Of a stretch of 64,000 nucleotides of DNA, positions 1-9,545 are shown piece by piece. The notes beneath the pieces were generated by a model. That model was not told where the DNA came from and did not search any database. It worked only from the letters and a program-made list of their open reading frames with translations. Both the position numbers and the translations under genes were made by a program. The stretch comes from Bacteroidales bacterium (GTDB lineage: Bacteria; Bacteroidota; Bacteroidia; Bacteroidales; UBA12077): the NCBI GenBank assembly GCA_041686375.1, contig JAWLEB010000001.1:73997-137996 (forward strand), read 5' to 3'. Within the stretch, counting starts at the first letter, position 1. Each line of letters starts with the position of its first letter.

Positions 1-3000
1 TACGAGTTACTCTTCCTTTATCATCAAAAATTCTGATGGTCGCTACATATCCAGGTTTTTTTAACTGGTAATGAATGGATAGAATGTCATCTTTCCCATC
101 ATTATCTGGAGAGAAAACTTCGGGTGACACTGTAAATCTCTTGTCTTTTGATTCCTTGTCAGTAAACTGGGAATTTTTATATCCTGGCGTGGCATATCCT
201 GCTGAGCTTGCTGCGGAATGCCAGTTTTCTGAATTGTTTGTCTTGCGGTCAAAATGAATTCTTTCAAGTGATATACCCTTTGTTGAGTTTAATAGTGGGA
301 AATGCATTTCATTGTCATAGTGAAAATAATCAATTGCGTTCAGAGCTTTATCATATAAGTAGACTGATCCGGATGTGCTGTTAAAATTGGAAATTTCTTT
401 GGCTTCAACAAAATTCTTTTTTTGTGGAGTATAGTAGTATGTTGCAATGAGTTCTTTGCTTTTGGTAAGGATTAGATATTCTCCCGGGAAAAGCAGATAG
501 TTATGATTAAACAAACAATATATTTTTTCATCTTCATTCGCCACACATAAGTCTGCGATTTCAAATGTTTTTTCAGACCTGTTGTAAAGTTCGATAAAAT
601 CTTCGCCACCGGGCCAGGGATCGTATAAGAGTTCATTTATGACAATATCGTTTCCCTTTGGTTTTTCGGGGATTTCAAATTTTCCTGTCAGATTTGTGTC
701 GTTTATATTCCCTGCACAATCTGTTATTTTATTTTCAATCTCTAGCGTATATCTGACCCGTTTTTTAAAGGGTTTTTCAAATGTCAGTACAACAGTTTTA
801 TAGTCCGGAGCAACAGGCTCTGCAAATACCGGTTCTCCTATATCCCTGACAGAGTATATTGATTTATCTGTTGCATTTTTTCTTCCATAAGCCTCATTAA
901 AATGAATTTTTATGGTGTATTCATCAAGTACAGAAATGGTTCTTATGAATAGAGGCTGATTATCCGGGTTATTGTTGTTAACAGAGTTGACTTCTCCTGG
1001 GGTTCCTCCGTTATAAGATTCCGAAGAGCTCCAGTTTGTTTTTTCACCGCAGGGATTATTGGGGTCTATCAATTCCAGTGACCATCCTCCACCCTCTTTG
1101 TAATCATTCTCGTGCCAGGATGACTTCAGTAGGGCGTAATCTATTATCATGTCTTTTTGGGTTTCCAAATATATCGGCGCTTCAGTATTGTTGATAACAG
1201 GAAATTTATTAATTCCCAACGTGGTGCCATATTCCTCAAAAAGCTCTTCGTGTTCAGTGTCGCAAAGTATGAGATATGATTTCGCTGGTATGATGTGTTG
1301 TCCCAGTTTTTTTGTCCTGCTTCCTGTCGTTATTGACCACCCGTCGATTGAAATATCGAAATCGGAACGGTTGAAAATCTCAATGTATTCTTCCTCCGGC
1401 AAACCTTTAGATGGATCGGGTTTAGCCATAACCTCATTAACGAGAATATCGTAAGGCTGAACTTCATGATATGTAAAGTCCATCTTGAAGGAGGTATCGT
1501 TAGCGCAAAGGTCATAAATATCATTAACCTGAAGCTGGTAGCTGCTGTCCTGTGCAAAAGATTGGTTAAACAGAAGTTCTATAGATTTTGCATCAGAAGA
1601 AGATTTTAATATTGAAAATGGATGACCTGCTGACGGGATGAAGAATTTATCTGGGCTGTCGAATATTTCAGGCGCAATTGATTCATTGAATATTATTTTT
1701 ATCTGGTTTGGTGAGATACAGGAAAAATATACCGGTTTAGGAGCTATTGTGTCTATATTCGGAGCATTGACAGAATTTATGTTTCCCGGCGTTCCCCCTT
1801 GAGATGCTTCTGATGCTGTCCAGTTTAAGCTTCCGCTACAATTGTTCAGAGGGTCTATTTTTTCGAGAGAAAATCCTCCGTTCTCCTTTTCTTCATCCTT
1901 GTACCATTTGTCACTGTAGCTAACAGCGTTGATTGTCTTGCCTGAAGAATCTATAATGGAAATGCTGGCTTCTGAGTTATTAAGAGCGGGGAAACTACTG
2001 AAGCTATAGGTATCTCCATAATCTGATAGTTCCATTGCTCCTTCATCACTGCAAAGGATAACATATTCACCGGGATGAAGTATATAATTTTGAAAAATAT
2101 TGGTTCTGTAGTTGACACTTAATTCCCAGCCTTCCAAGTTTATGGGTTTTTCATTCGGGTTCAAGAGCTCTATGTATTCCTTTTCTGGCAAACCTGCCGA
2201 GGGATAAGGGTCAGCCATGATTTCATTAATAATAACATCATTCTTTTCTGGTTTTTGAAAAAGGAATGAAATACTGGTATCTCTGATGGGATTCCCGTTT
2301 CTGTCTGTAACTTCCCTGATTTCCAGTTTATTTTCTACAGAGTCTGTAAAAGGACTTTCATAAATTAAACCTATTGATGAATAATTATCGTTCAAAGATT
2401 CTGTTTTTGAGGGTTTTTCAGTATTATTCAGAATATAGTTCCCGGTTTCAAACAATGTTACACTGTCAATGGGCTCTGAAAAAACAAGATGCAGATTGTT
2501 TTCTGAAACTACTTTATAGTCCTTCAAAACAGGCTTTGTAGTGTCAATCAGTTGAGTATCTACAGACAGTTCGTCAAACCATAATTTTGAATCGGCTGAT
2601 GAGGTATATTCGTAATAAAGCCCAATAAATTCACTCTGGTTGTAATCAATATTTTCCCCGTCCCCGATTTTTGTGAGGTTACTGAAGCCGCCATTTTCAT
2701 CAATTTTGATGGTCCACCAGCCGTTTTCGTCTTTTTCGACTTCAATGCCGATGGTTGTACCGGGTTCTATATTATCCTCCCAATTGTATTGGGTATTAAT
2801 AATTTGGTATCCAGCGCCTGATGAAATTTTCCATAGTTTTATCATGTCATCAGAACCACTATAATTCACTCCAACCAGATAGCCGTTTGCTGTTCCTGAA
2901 GGATGCATTTCCTTCGCATTTTGATCCGATATTAAGAACAGACCCCAATTATTACTACCGGAGGGATTATAGTCGTATTTTACAAGGAATTGCCAGGTAA

Positions 3001-3241
3001 TCCGGCAATTTGTAAGGTCTTTATTGAAAGGAAATGCAATGCGATCTCTGCTGCTTTCAGAGTTGTCATAATAATGTCTGAGCGAATATTCTCCTGCTAA
3101 GGGTGTTTGGTCGGTTATCATCCACCTATTTTCTGGATATTGATTGAAATCTTCTGGATTATGATCTTCAAAATCTATTGTTAATTGAGCTGCTGAGTTT
3201 TGGAACAGGAAAACAAAAACAGCAATATACACATACTTCAC
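1..3241 (-). CDS. Secreted multidomain protein with three lamin-tail-domain (LTD) modules; 3' end runs off the window
   Basis: Manual translation of the minus strand, with codon first bases at positions congruent to 1 mod 3, stays open from 3241 to position 1. It is absent from the ORF track because it is edge-truncated. The start is GTG at 3241-3239; an in-frame TAA lies at 3256-3254 with no ATG between. N-terminus VKYVYIAVFVFLFQNSAA|QLTIDF looks like a signal peptide. Three modules start NDVIINEIMADP.., YDILVNEVMAKP.., NDIVINELLYDP.. and end ..GGFSLEKIDP..NWTAS..GGTPG, ..GGWSLELIDP..NWSSS..GGTPG, ..GISLERIH..NWHSA..ATPG, typical of PF00932-type LTDs. The last visible part, FSPDNDGKDDILSIHYQLKKPGYVATIRIFDDKGRV, looks like an FlgD-Ig-like domain. 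Confidence 0.8.
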   Translation of the reverse strand, partial: MKYVYIAVFVFLFQNSAAQLTIDFEDHNPEDFNQYPENRWMITDQTPLAGEYSLRHYYDNSESSRDRIAFPFNKDLTNCRITWQFLVKYDYNPSGSNNWGLFLISDQNAKEMHPSGTANGYLVGVNYSGSDDMIKLWKISSGAGYQIINTQYNWEDNIEPGTTIGIEVEKDENGWWTIKIDENGGFSNLTKIGDGENIDYNQSEFIGLYYEYTSSADSKLWFDELSVDTQLIDTTKPVLKDYKVVSENNLHLVFSEPIDSVTLFETGNYILNNTEKPSKTESLNDNYSSIGLIYESPFTDSVENKLEIREVTDRNGNPIRDTSISFLFQKPEKNDVIINEIMADPYPSAGLPEKEYIELLNPNEKPINLEGWELSVNYRTNIFQNYILHPGEYVILCSDEGAMELSDYGDTYSFSSFPALNNSEASISIIDSSGKTINAVSYSDKWYKDEEKENGGFSLEKIDPLNNCSGSLNWTASEASQGGTPGNINSVNAPNIDTIAPKPVYFSCISPNQIKIIFNESIAPEIFDSPDKFFIPSAGHPFSILKSSSDAKSIELLFNQSFAQDSSYQLQVNDIYDLCANDTSFKMDFTYHEVQPYDILVNEVMAKPDPSKGLPEEEYIEIFNRSDFDISIDGWSITTGSRTKKLGQHIIPAKSYLILCDTEHEELFEEYGTTLGINKFPVINNTEAPIYLETQKDMIIDYALLKSSWHENDYKEGGGWSLELIDPNNPCGEKTNWSSSESYNGGTPGEVNSVNNNNPDNQPLFIRTISVLDEYTIKIHFNEAYGRKNATDKSIYSVRDIGEPVFAEPVAPDYKTVVLTFEKPFKKRVRYTLEIENKITDCAGNINDTNLTGKFEIPEKPKGNDIVINELLYDPWPGGEDFIELYNRSEKTFEIADLCVANEDEKIYCLFNHNYLLFPGEYLILTKSKELIATYYYTPQKKNFVEAKEISNFNSTSGSVYLYDKALNAIDYFHYDNEMHFPLLNSTKGISLERIHFDRKTNNSENWHSAASSAGYATPGYKNSQFTDKESKDKRFTVSPEVFSPDNDGKDDILSIHYQLKKPGYVATIRIFDDKGRVTR

Positions 3242-3347
3242 GTCAGTTGGAATTTAGTATTACAGTTATCTGAAAAAGGCCCGGCATACATAAGATTTTA
3301 TAATTAAAATAATTGCAGCGACTTTTCAGGAGTAAAAAATTAATGCT

Positions 3348-3355
3348 TAAATTTG
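3348..3355 (+). promoter_or_regulatory. Candidate Bacteroidota -7 promoter box (TAAATTTG) upstream of asd
   Basis: Exact match to the TAnnTTTG consensus described for Bacteroides promoters, about 40 nt upstream of the asd ATG. No clear -33 TTTG was seen. Confidence 0.3.
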
Positions 3356-3396
3356 ACATACTAATATATATTAAATATTTCTAAAAACAATATTCC

Positions 3397-4383
3397 ATGA
3401 AAGTTGCAGTAATAGGTTCAACAGGCATCGTTGGTCAGGAAATGTTGAAAGTTCTTGAAGAGCGTAAATTTCCTTATAAAGTCGTATTGCCGGTTGCTTC
3501 AGGTAAATCCACCGGGCTAACGGTTGAGTTTGAAGACAAGCCCATTGAAGTCATTACTATAAAAGAAGCATTAAAAGAAAAGCCCGATTTGGCATTGTTT
3601 TCTGCAGGAGAGGATATATCGAAAGAATGGGCTCCTAAATTTGCTGAAGAAGGGACAACTGTTATAGATAATTCATCTGCTTTCCGTATGGATCCTACTA
3701 AAAAACTTGTTATTCCTGAGATTAATTCTCACGTCCTTACAAAAGAGGATAAGATTATTGCGAATCCTAATTGCTCTACAATACAACTGGTAGTGGCAAT
3801 ATATCCTTTACATAAGAAGTATAAGATTAAAAGAATAATCGTTTCTACCTATCAGGCAGTATCCGGATCCGGGAAGGCTGCCGTAGACCAGATGAAAAAC
3901 GAAATTGCTGACCAGCCAGGAGAATCATGCTATCCTTATCCAATATACAACAACTGTATCCCACAATGTGGAAGTTTTCTCTTTAATCGCTATACAACTG
4001 AAGAATCGAAGATTATTAATGAAACGCAAAAGATAGTGGACTCCAATCTTTGGATTTCAGCTACAGCCGTCCGCGTTCCTGTATTCAGGGGACATGCTGA
4101 AACAATTAATCTTACATTTGACAAGGAATTTGATATACTGGATGTGAAAAATATTCTTAAACATGCACAGGGAATCGTAATTTATGATAATATAGAAGAA
4201 AATTTATATCCTATGCCGAAGACAGTCGAAAACAAGGATGAAGTATTTATCGGCCGGTTACGGCGCGATTTTTCTCATCCACAAAGTCTGAATATGTGGG
4301 TAGTAGCTGATAACCTCAGAAAAGGGGCTGCAACAAATGCTATTCAGATAGCCGAATACCTGGTTGACAAAGAAATATTGTAG
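3397..4383 (+). CDS. asd: Aspartate-semialdehyde dehydrogenase
   Basis: N-terminal Rossmann motif VAVIGSTGIVGQ, active-site Cys motif NPNCSTIQ, and QAVSGSGKAAV. The 328-aa length is typical. Confidence 0.9.
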   Translation: MKVAVIGSTGIVGQEMLKVLEERKFPYKVVLPVASGKSTGLTVEFEDKPIEVITIKEALKEKPDLALFSAGEDISKEWAPKFAEEGTTVIDNSSAFRMDPTKKLVIPEINSHVLTKEDKIIANPNCSTIQLVVAIYPLHKKYKIKRIIVSTYQAVSGSGKAAVDQMKNEIADQPGESCYPYPIYNNCIPQCGSFLFNRYTTEESKIINETQKIVDSNLWISATAVRVPVFRGHAETINLTFDKEFDILDVKNILKHAQGIVIYDNIEENLYPMPKTVENKDEVFIGRLRRDFSHPQSLNMWVVADNLRKGAATNAIQIAEYLVDKEIL

Positions 4384-4409
4384 CCAGTTGCCAGGGAATA
4401 TTAGCAATT

Positions 4410-4446
4410 ACTGTTTCCTATATTTCTCCAAAGAAATCAAAACAGT
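4410..4446. terminator. Imperfect two-tier hairpin between convergent asd and hflX (candidate bidirectional terminator)
   Basis: ACTGTTT(4410-4416)-cctat-ATTTCT(4422-4427)-ccaa-AGAAAT(4432-4437)-ca-AAACAGT(4440-4446). It lies in the 66-nt gap between two convergent stop codons. Confidence 0.5.
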
Positions 4447-4452
4447 TTCTTA
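4430..4452. repeat. 23-nt exact repeat copy 1 (aaagaaatcaaaacagtttctta), includes the hflX stop codon
   Basis: Identical to 44368-44390. An inverted 17-nt partial copy lies at 44281-44297. Confidence 0.85.
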
Positions 4453-5637
4453 ATAATAAAGATCGTCATAAGGATACCTTTGCACATGTATCTTTTTGAC
4501 TTCTTTGTAGAGCAGTTCCCGTAGTTGTTCGATATTTGTCTTAGTTTTAGCAGATATAAAAAGGCTTTTTTTATTGGTTTTAGCAATCCAGCTCTTTTTC
4601 ATTTCATTATAAGATTGAAGCATCATGTCTGAATTATCTACTTCATGATCTTCGGGCTCCTCTGTTTTTACCTTGTCTATTTTATTAAAGATAACAAACA
4701 TTGGCGTTTTATCTGCCCTGATTTCATGTAATGTATTATTGACAATATTAATTTGTTCCTCGAAACTGGGGTGGCTGACATCTACAACATGCAGCAGAAT
4801 GTCTGCCTCTCTCACCTCGTCCAAGGTTGATTTAAAAGATTCTACCAGACTGTGGGGAAGTTTCCTTATGAAGCCTACCGTATCGGTAACTAAAAAAGGA
4901 AGGTTGCCAATAGCAATTTTTCTTACTGTCGTATCCAGTGTTGCAAAAAGCTTGTTTTCTTCAAATACAGAAGCTTTACTTAATAGATTCATCAATGTTG
5001 ATTTGCCTGCATTGGTATAACCAACCAGTGCAACCCTGACCAGTTTTCCCCTGTTTTTACGCTGGGTAGCTTTTTGCTTGTCAATTTTTGCCAATTGATT
5101 TTTTAACCGTGTTATCTTATCTCTGACGATACGTCGATCTGTTTCTATTTCCCTTTCACCTGGCCCTCTTGTTCCAATTCCACCCCTTTGCCTTTCAAGG
5201 TGTGTCCACATTCCTGTTAATCTGGGCAGAAGATATTCATATTGTGCAAGTTCAACCTGAGTCTTCGCATGGGCTGTTTTCGCCCTGCGTGCAAAAATAT
5301 CCAGAATGAGATTAGCCCTGTCCATAATTTTGCACTTGAGTATTTTTTCTACATTTCTTAATTGCGTTGGTGTTAGTTCTTCATCAAAAATAACCGTGTC
5401 AATTTTTTCCTGATCTATAAATTCTTTGATTTCCGAGAGCTTTCCTATGCCTATAAAAGTTTTGGGATTAGGTTTATTCAGTGCTTGAGTGAATTTTTTG
5501 ATAGGTGTGCCACCGGCTGTTTTGGTCAGAAAAGCCAATTCATTTAAATATTCGTTAACCTGCCAGTCATTCTGCTCACTCTTTTTTATCCCTACAAGCA
5601 CAACCCTTTCTACGCTTTGTTTTGTTTTTTCTAGCAT
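4450..5637 (-). CDS. hflX: GTPase HflX
   Basis: HflX N-domain signature GTRGPGEREIETDRR, G1 GYTNAGKST, G3 DTVGF, G4 NKID. Confidence 0.9.
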   Translation of the reverse strand: MLEKTKQSVERVVLVGIKKSEQNDWQVNEYLNELAFLTKTAGGTPIKKFTQALNKPNPKTFIGIGKLSEIKEFIDQEKIDTVIFDEELTPTQLRNVEKILKCKIMDRANLILDIFARRAKTAHAKTQVELAQYEYLLPRLTGMWTHLERQRGGIGTRGPGEREIETDRRIVRDKITRLKNQLAKIDKQKATQRKNRGKLVRVALVGYTNAGKSTLMNLLSKASVFEENKLFATLDTTVRKIAIGNLPFLVTDTVGFIRKLPHSLVESFKSTLDEVREADILLHVVDVSHPSFEEQINIVNNTLHEIRADKTPMFVIFNKIDKVKTEEPEDHEVDNSDMMLQSYNEMKKSWIAKTNKKSLFISAKTKTNIEQLRELLYKEVKKIHVQRYPYDDLYY

Positions 5638-5833
5638 ATATTTTTTATTTGTACAAATCTACATTTTTTTAAACAGAGAATAAACTCAGCTCCGCATTGG
5701 AACAAATACCTCTTCATCTTGCACCCTCAAAAAAACATTCAATTTCACATGCATTATTCTTAACTTATCAATATTTTCAAGATTGTATTCTTTCTTTTAT
5801 TATTTTTGAAGGAAAACTTAAAAATTTTATCCT

Positions 5834-7468
5834 ATGAAACAATTAAACTATTTATTCTTTTTTACAATGATTCTACTCATGTTGTTCCCAAATTTGGCGG
5901 AATCTTATACGGGGGAAATTGTTAAAAGGTTTAAAACAAAGGGAGAAATCCCTACAGGATTGACTTATGACGGAGAACATATTTGGATGGCCGACCGAAA
6001 AGACAAAATGTTATACGCGGTTAATCCGGAAAGTGGGGAGGTAACCGCTAAATTAGAGTCGCCTGCCTATTGGCCTATGGGATTGACCTGGGATGGTGAA
6101 TCTCTTTGGAATATCGATGTAAAAGGAGGTATACCATTGTATGAAAACTATAAAGGGGTGGTGTATCAAATTAATCCTGATGATGGAACGATAATGCACA
6201 GTGTTACCGTTCCTGCCAGCCAACCCCGTGGTCTCACCTGGGATGGAGAATATCTTTGGTGTGTTGATAATGACAATAACAAGGTAATTCAGTTTAATCC
6301 GGAAGACGGCACTACCATTAAATCATTTAAATCACCTGCGACCGACCCCAGAGGATTGACTTTTGATGGCAATTATTTATGGATTTCTGACAGAATGAGA
6401 GATGAAGTTTACATGGTTTCGCCTGAGGATGGTTCTGTTATTATAATTACAGAATCGCCCGGTGAGTTCACCCGTGGCTTGGCATTTTTTGATAATCATC
6501 TTTGGGCTGTTGATTCAGAGGAAGATATGCTGTTTCAATTGACCGTGAGAGACGGTGAAAAATATAGACGAAGTAACCCCCATAAGGGTAAAGTTACACA
6601 TAATCACCAGATTACAAATTTCGGACAAGGAAATATCAAAGAATCAGGAATTCATTTCGCTATTCCAACTGATCGCAATAACCAGGAACTTGATTCCAAA
6701 GTAACATATAGCGAAGATTATGATAAAGTTGTAACCGATGATTGGGGACAGGAAACTGCATTTTTTAAAGATGAAAATATTGAACCCGGCACTACTATTG
6801 ATTATGAGATGCAAGTAGAGTGTACTTTATATGATGTAAGATGGTTTATTTATCCCGATGAGGTGGGTAGTCTTGATGATGTGCCGGACGACATCAAAGA
6901 CAGATATCTTGCTAATAATGAGAAATATCAGTACGATCATCCGATTATACAGGATGCCCTGAAAAAAGCTATTGACGAAGATGAGACCAATCCTTACTGG
7001 ATGGCGCGGGATTTATTTAATTATCTGATTGATAATATGTATTATGAAATGGTTGGAGGCTGGAATACTGCACCAGCAGTTCTTGAGAGAGGAAACGGAT
7101 CGTGTTCTGAATATTCTTTTGCTTATATTTCAATGTGCCGTGCGATAGGAATCCCTGCTCGATATGTTGGTTCCCTTGTGATACGGGGAGATGATGCGAG
7201 CATGGATGATGTTTATCACAGGTGGGTAGAAATTTACTTGCCAAACTATGGATGGATACCAGTTGACCCAAGCGGAGGAGATAAAAAGTTACCCAGAGAT
7301 CAGGCGAATTACATAGGGCATCTGGGTAATCGCTTTTTGATAACAACGCAGAGCGGCGGCGGTTCTGAAACAATGGAGTGGACTTATAATTCCAATGACT
7401 ATTGGATTACTGAACCAAAGACTTATGTCGTTTCTGATCATTTTGCAGATTGGGAGCCGGTAGAATAA
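5834..7468 (+). CDS. Secreted beta-propeller-repeat / transglutaminase-like cysteine peptidase fusion protein
   Basis: A signal peptide is followed by five repeats of about 46 aa (GLTYDGEHIWMAD.., GLTWDGESLWNID.., GLTWDGEYLWCVD.., GLTFDGNYLWISD.., GLAFFDNHLWAVD..). The C-terminal transglutaminase core is GNGSCSEYSFAYISMCRAIGIPARYV ... HRWVEIYL ... GWIPVDPS (Cys-His-Asp). Confidence 0.75.
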   Translation: MKQLNYLFFFTMILLMLFPNLAESYTGEIVKRFKTKGEIPTGLTYDGEHIWMADRKDKMLYAVNPESGEVTAKLESPAYWPMGLTWDGESLWNIDVKGGIPLYENYKGVVYQINPDDGTIMHSVTVPASQPRGLTWDGEYLWCVDNDNNKVIQFNPEDGTTIKSFKSPATDPRGLTFDGNYLWISDRMRDEVYMVSPEDGSVIIITESPGEFTRGLAFFDNHLWAVDSEEDMLFQLTVRDGEKYRRSNPHKGKVTHNHQITNFGQGNIKESGIHFAIPTDRNNQELDSKVTYSEDYDKVVTDDWGQETAFFKDENIEPGTTIDYEMQVECTLYDVRWFIYPDEVGSLDDVPDDIKDRYLANNEKYQYDHPIIQDALKKAIDEDETNPYWMARDLFNYLIDNMYYEMVGGWNTAPAVLERGNGSCSEYSFAYISMCRAIGIPARYVGSLVIRGDDASMDDVYHRWVEIYLPNYGWIPVDPSGGDKKLPRDQANYIGHLGNRFLITTQSGGGSETMEWTYNSNDYWITEPKTYVVSDHFADWEPVE

Positions 7469-7480
7469 TTTATCCAATAT

Positions 7481-7512
7481 CCCGGCCGTTTGAGGTGAAC
7501 GGCCGGGTTTAT
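7481..7512 (+). terminator. Rho-independent terminator after the transglutaminase-like gene
   Basis: A 10-bp GC-rich stem CCCGGCCGTT (7481-7490) / AACGGCCGGG (7498-7507) with a 7-nt loop, followed by TTTAT. Confidence 0.8.
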
Positions 7513-7522
7513 ACTATTTTGT

Positions 7523-8194
7523 ATGGAAGAAGACAAGAAAAGGTTTTATCGCAGTTTATTTTTTCCTGCATTTTTTGTTGTTTTGATTTGGTTTATTAAA
7601 ATATCTGAGTTAGTGTTGAATGAGCGGTTCATACAACTGGGATTATATCCGCTTAAAATTGAAAGATTACACGGGATAATAACATCTCCTTTGGTACACA
7701 GCGATTTAGGGCATCTGATAGCCAATACACTTCCTCTCCTTGTTTTAGGTGTCGGATTGTTTTTTTTCTATCGACCCATTGCCCCTAAAGTTTTTATTTT
7801 AATATATCTCTTAAGTGGTTTAATGCTTTGGCTTGGTGGGCGAGCCGGTAATCATATAGGTGCCAGTGGCATAATATACGGACTGGCTTCATTTTTGTTC
7901 TTTAGTGGTGTTTTACGGAAGTATGTCCGGTTAATGGCCATTTCACTGCTTGTGGTGTTTTTATATGGAAGTTTGGTCTGGGGCATTTTACCTGTAGATC
8001 CTGCTGTTTCATGGGAAGGACATCTTTATGGGGGTATTGCCGGGTTGGTTCTGGCTTTTTATTACAAAGAAGAAGGTCCCCAGAGGAAAAAATATGAGTG
8101 GGAAATTGAAGAAGAAGAACAGGAAGAGATGAATAAAGACTGGGATGAATACGACTGGGAGATTTATTATCATTATAAGAACAAAAAAAGATAG
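7523..8194 (+). CDS. Rhomboid-family intramembrane serine protease
   Basis: Multi-TM protein with GASGIIYGL (Ser) and EGHLYGGIAG (His) motifs. The C-terminal tail is acidic. Confidence 0.8.
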   Translation: MEEDKKRFYRSLFFPAFFVVLIWFIKISELVLNERFIQLGLYPLKIERLHGIITSPLVHSDLGHLIANTLPLLVLGVGLFFFYRPIAPKVFILIYLLSGLMLWLGGRAGNHIGASGIIYGLASFLFFSGVLRKYVRLMAISLLVVFLYGSLVWGILPVDPAVSWEGHLYGGIAGLVLAFYYKEEGPQRKKYEWEIEEEEQEEMNKDWDEYDWEIYYHYKNKKR

Positions 8195-8240
8195 ATGCCT
8201 TTTATGAAAATAATCTCCTCTATATTCCGTATGTTTTGTA

Positions 8241-9098
8241 TTAGCCCTGTGTCCTGAAATTATCTCCTATAGACAACTCTTTTGGTGTAATACTTAATAC
8301 CGGAAATGGTGATTTATTCAGCATGTCTTGAGCATTACCACCAATTATCAGTCCGGTAAGGCCCAGTGATTGTTCAGTCATTATTGATATGAGATCAGCT
8401 TCCATTTTTGAGGCATAATCAAGCGTTAAATCGGTAATATTATCGCCGGAAAGTGTTTCTGATGTATGTAATATTTCATGGCGATCAAGATATTCTTCGG
8501 TTTGTTTGGAATACGAATTTAATTTTTTTTCTATTTCGTTGGTGAGATTGGAGCAGACCTTAACTATATGAATCTTTGCATTGAAAAATTTTGCTATCTG
8601 GGTGGTAAAGACTATCTTTTGTCTGGTGTCATAGGTATTGTCAAGGGGTAAGACGATTTTTCTTATATCTTCCGGTGGTTTAGTTTCACGTATAGTGAAT
8701 ACCGGTTTTTTAGTAGCTGTAATTATTTTAAATGTATTACTTCCTATAAAAAGATTCTCAAAACCCGAAGCTCCGTGGGTCGATGATACAAGGAACGAAT
8801 CTTCAAAGGAGGCAGCCTGATTCACAACTTCCTGATAGATCTTGCCGGCCTTAACTATGTAACTTAGTTCTGCATGGGCTGGCAATAAGGGCTTGTATTG
8901 ACTAACAATATTGTCAAATTTTTTCTTTGCAAGCTTTTTTTCTTTTTCTTCACTGACATGGAAAAACTCGTTGGTTTTTTTCCTTACATACACCATTTCT
9001 ACATATGAAGGAATTTTTTTAGCTAAAGTAAAAGCAAGTTGTAAACCTTTTAATGATTCTTCTGAAAAGTCTATCGGAACTATGATGCGCTTTGACAT
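8241..9098 (-). CDS. Tandem universal stress protein (UspA-family) domain protein
   Basis: Two Usp-like halves: MSKRIIVPIDFSEES.. with ..SSTHGASGFENLFIGS, and KIVLPLDNTYD.. with ..GLTGLIIGGNAQDML. Confidence 0.75.
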   Translation of the reverse strand: MSKRIIVPIDFSEESLKGLQLAFTLAKKIPSYVEMVYVRKKTNEFFHVSEEKEKKLAKKKFDNIVSQYKPLLPAHAELSYIVKAGKIYQEVVNQAASFEDSFLVSSTHGASGFENLFIGSNTFKIITATKKPVFTIRETKPPEDIRKIVLPLDNTYDTRQKIVFTTQIAKFFNAKIHIVKVCSNLTNEIEKKLNSYSKQTEEYLDRHEILHTSETLSGDNITDLTLDYASKMEADLISIMTEQSLGLTGLIIGGNAQDMLNKSPFPVLSITPKELSIGDNFRTQG

Positions 9099-9545
9099 AA
9101 AACTGTATTTTTCACGAAAAAGTTTAAGGCTAATTTGAATGATATAAAATTACTTAATAATAATGTAAGATAAAAATCTTTTCCTTTTCGAACCTTAGTG
9201 ATTTATTATTATATACTTGTTTGAGTTCTGTGATTATGCTATATAAAGGAAAGAACGACAAGCTGAAAAATTTAATTTTGAAGTAAAAATGTGCTTCTGT
9301 TTCTATGCAAATATTATAAATATGTCTTAAATATGAATTGTTTATCATTTTTTTATTGAAAGATTCAAAAAACAGGAAAAACATTTGCATGGAAACGTAT
9401 TTCTGTTTACTTTCGGGCTATATAAGTTCTGGCAATTTTTATGGAGTGAGATAACTCCTCTGGTCAAAGGAAAAGGCGTGTCTTTATTTTGTTTAATACA
9501 GGATTGTTGATTATTAAAAACTCAATTTCCGGAAATTATAAACAG

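Noticed and set aside
4673-5020. Antisense ORFs of 60-165 aa lying inside well-supported genes. Examples are 4673-5020, 12135-12629, 13678-14022, 14252-14530, 26144-26485, 31780-32034, 51509-51907 and 58078-58356.
   Set aside because: Each is fully contained in, and antisense to, a gene with clear family motifs. Their translations are low-complexity or hydrophobic, without recognisable motifs. This is the expected shadow-ORF background of an AT-rich genome.
9154-9390. 78-aa ORF in the ~450-nt divergent spacer between the Usp gene and radC.
   Set aside because: AT-rich promoter region with a low-complexity translation (F/I/K/N/Y). There is no supporting motif and no plausible start context.
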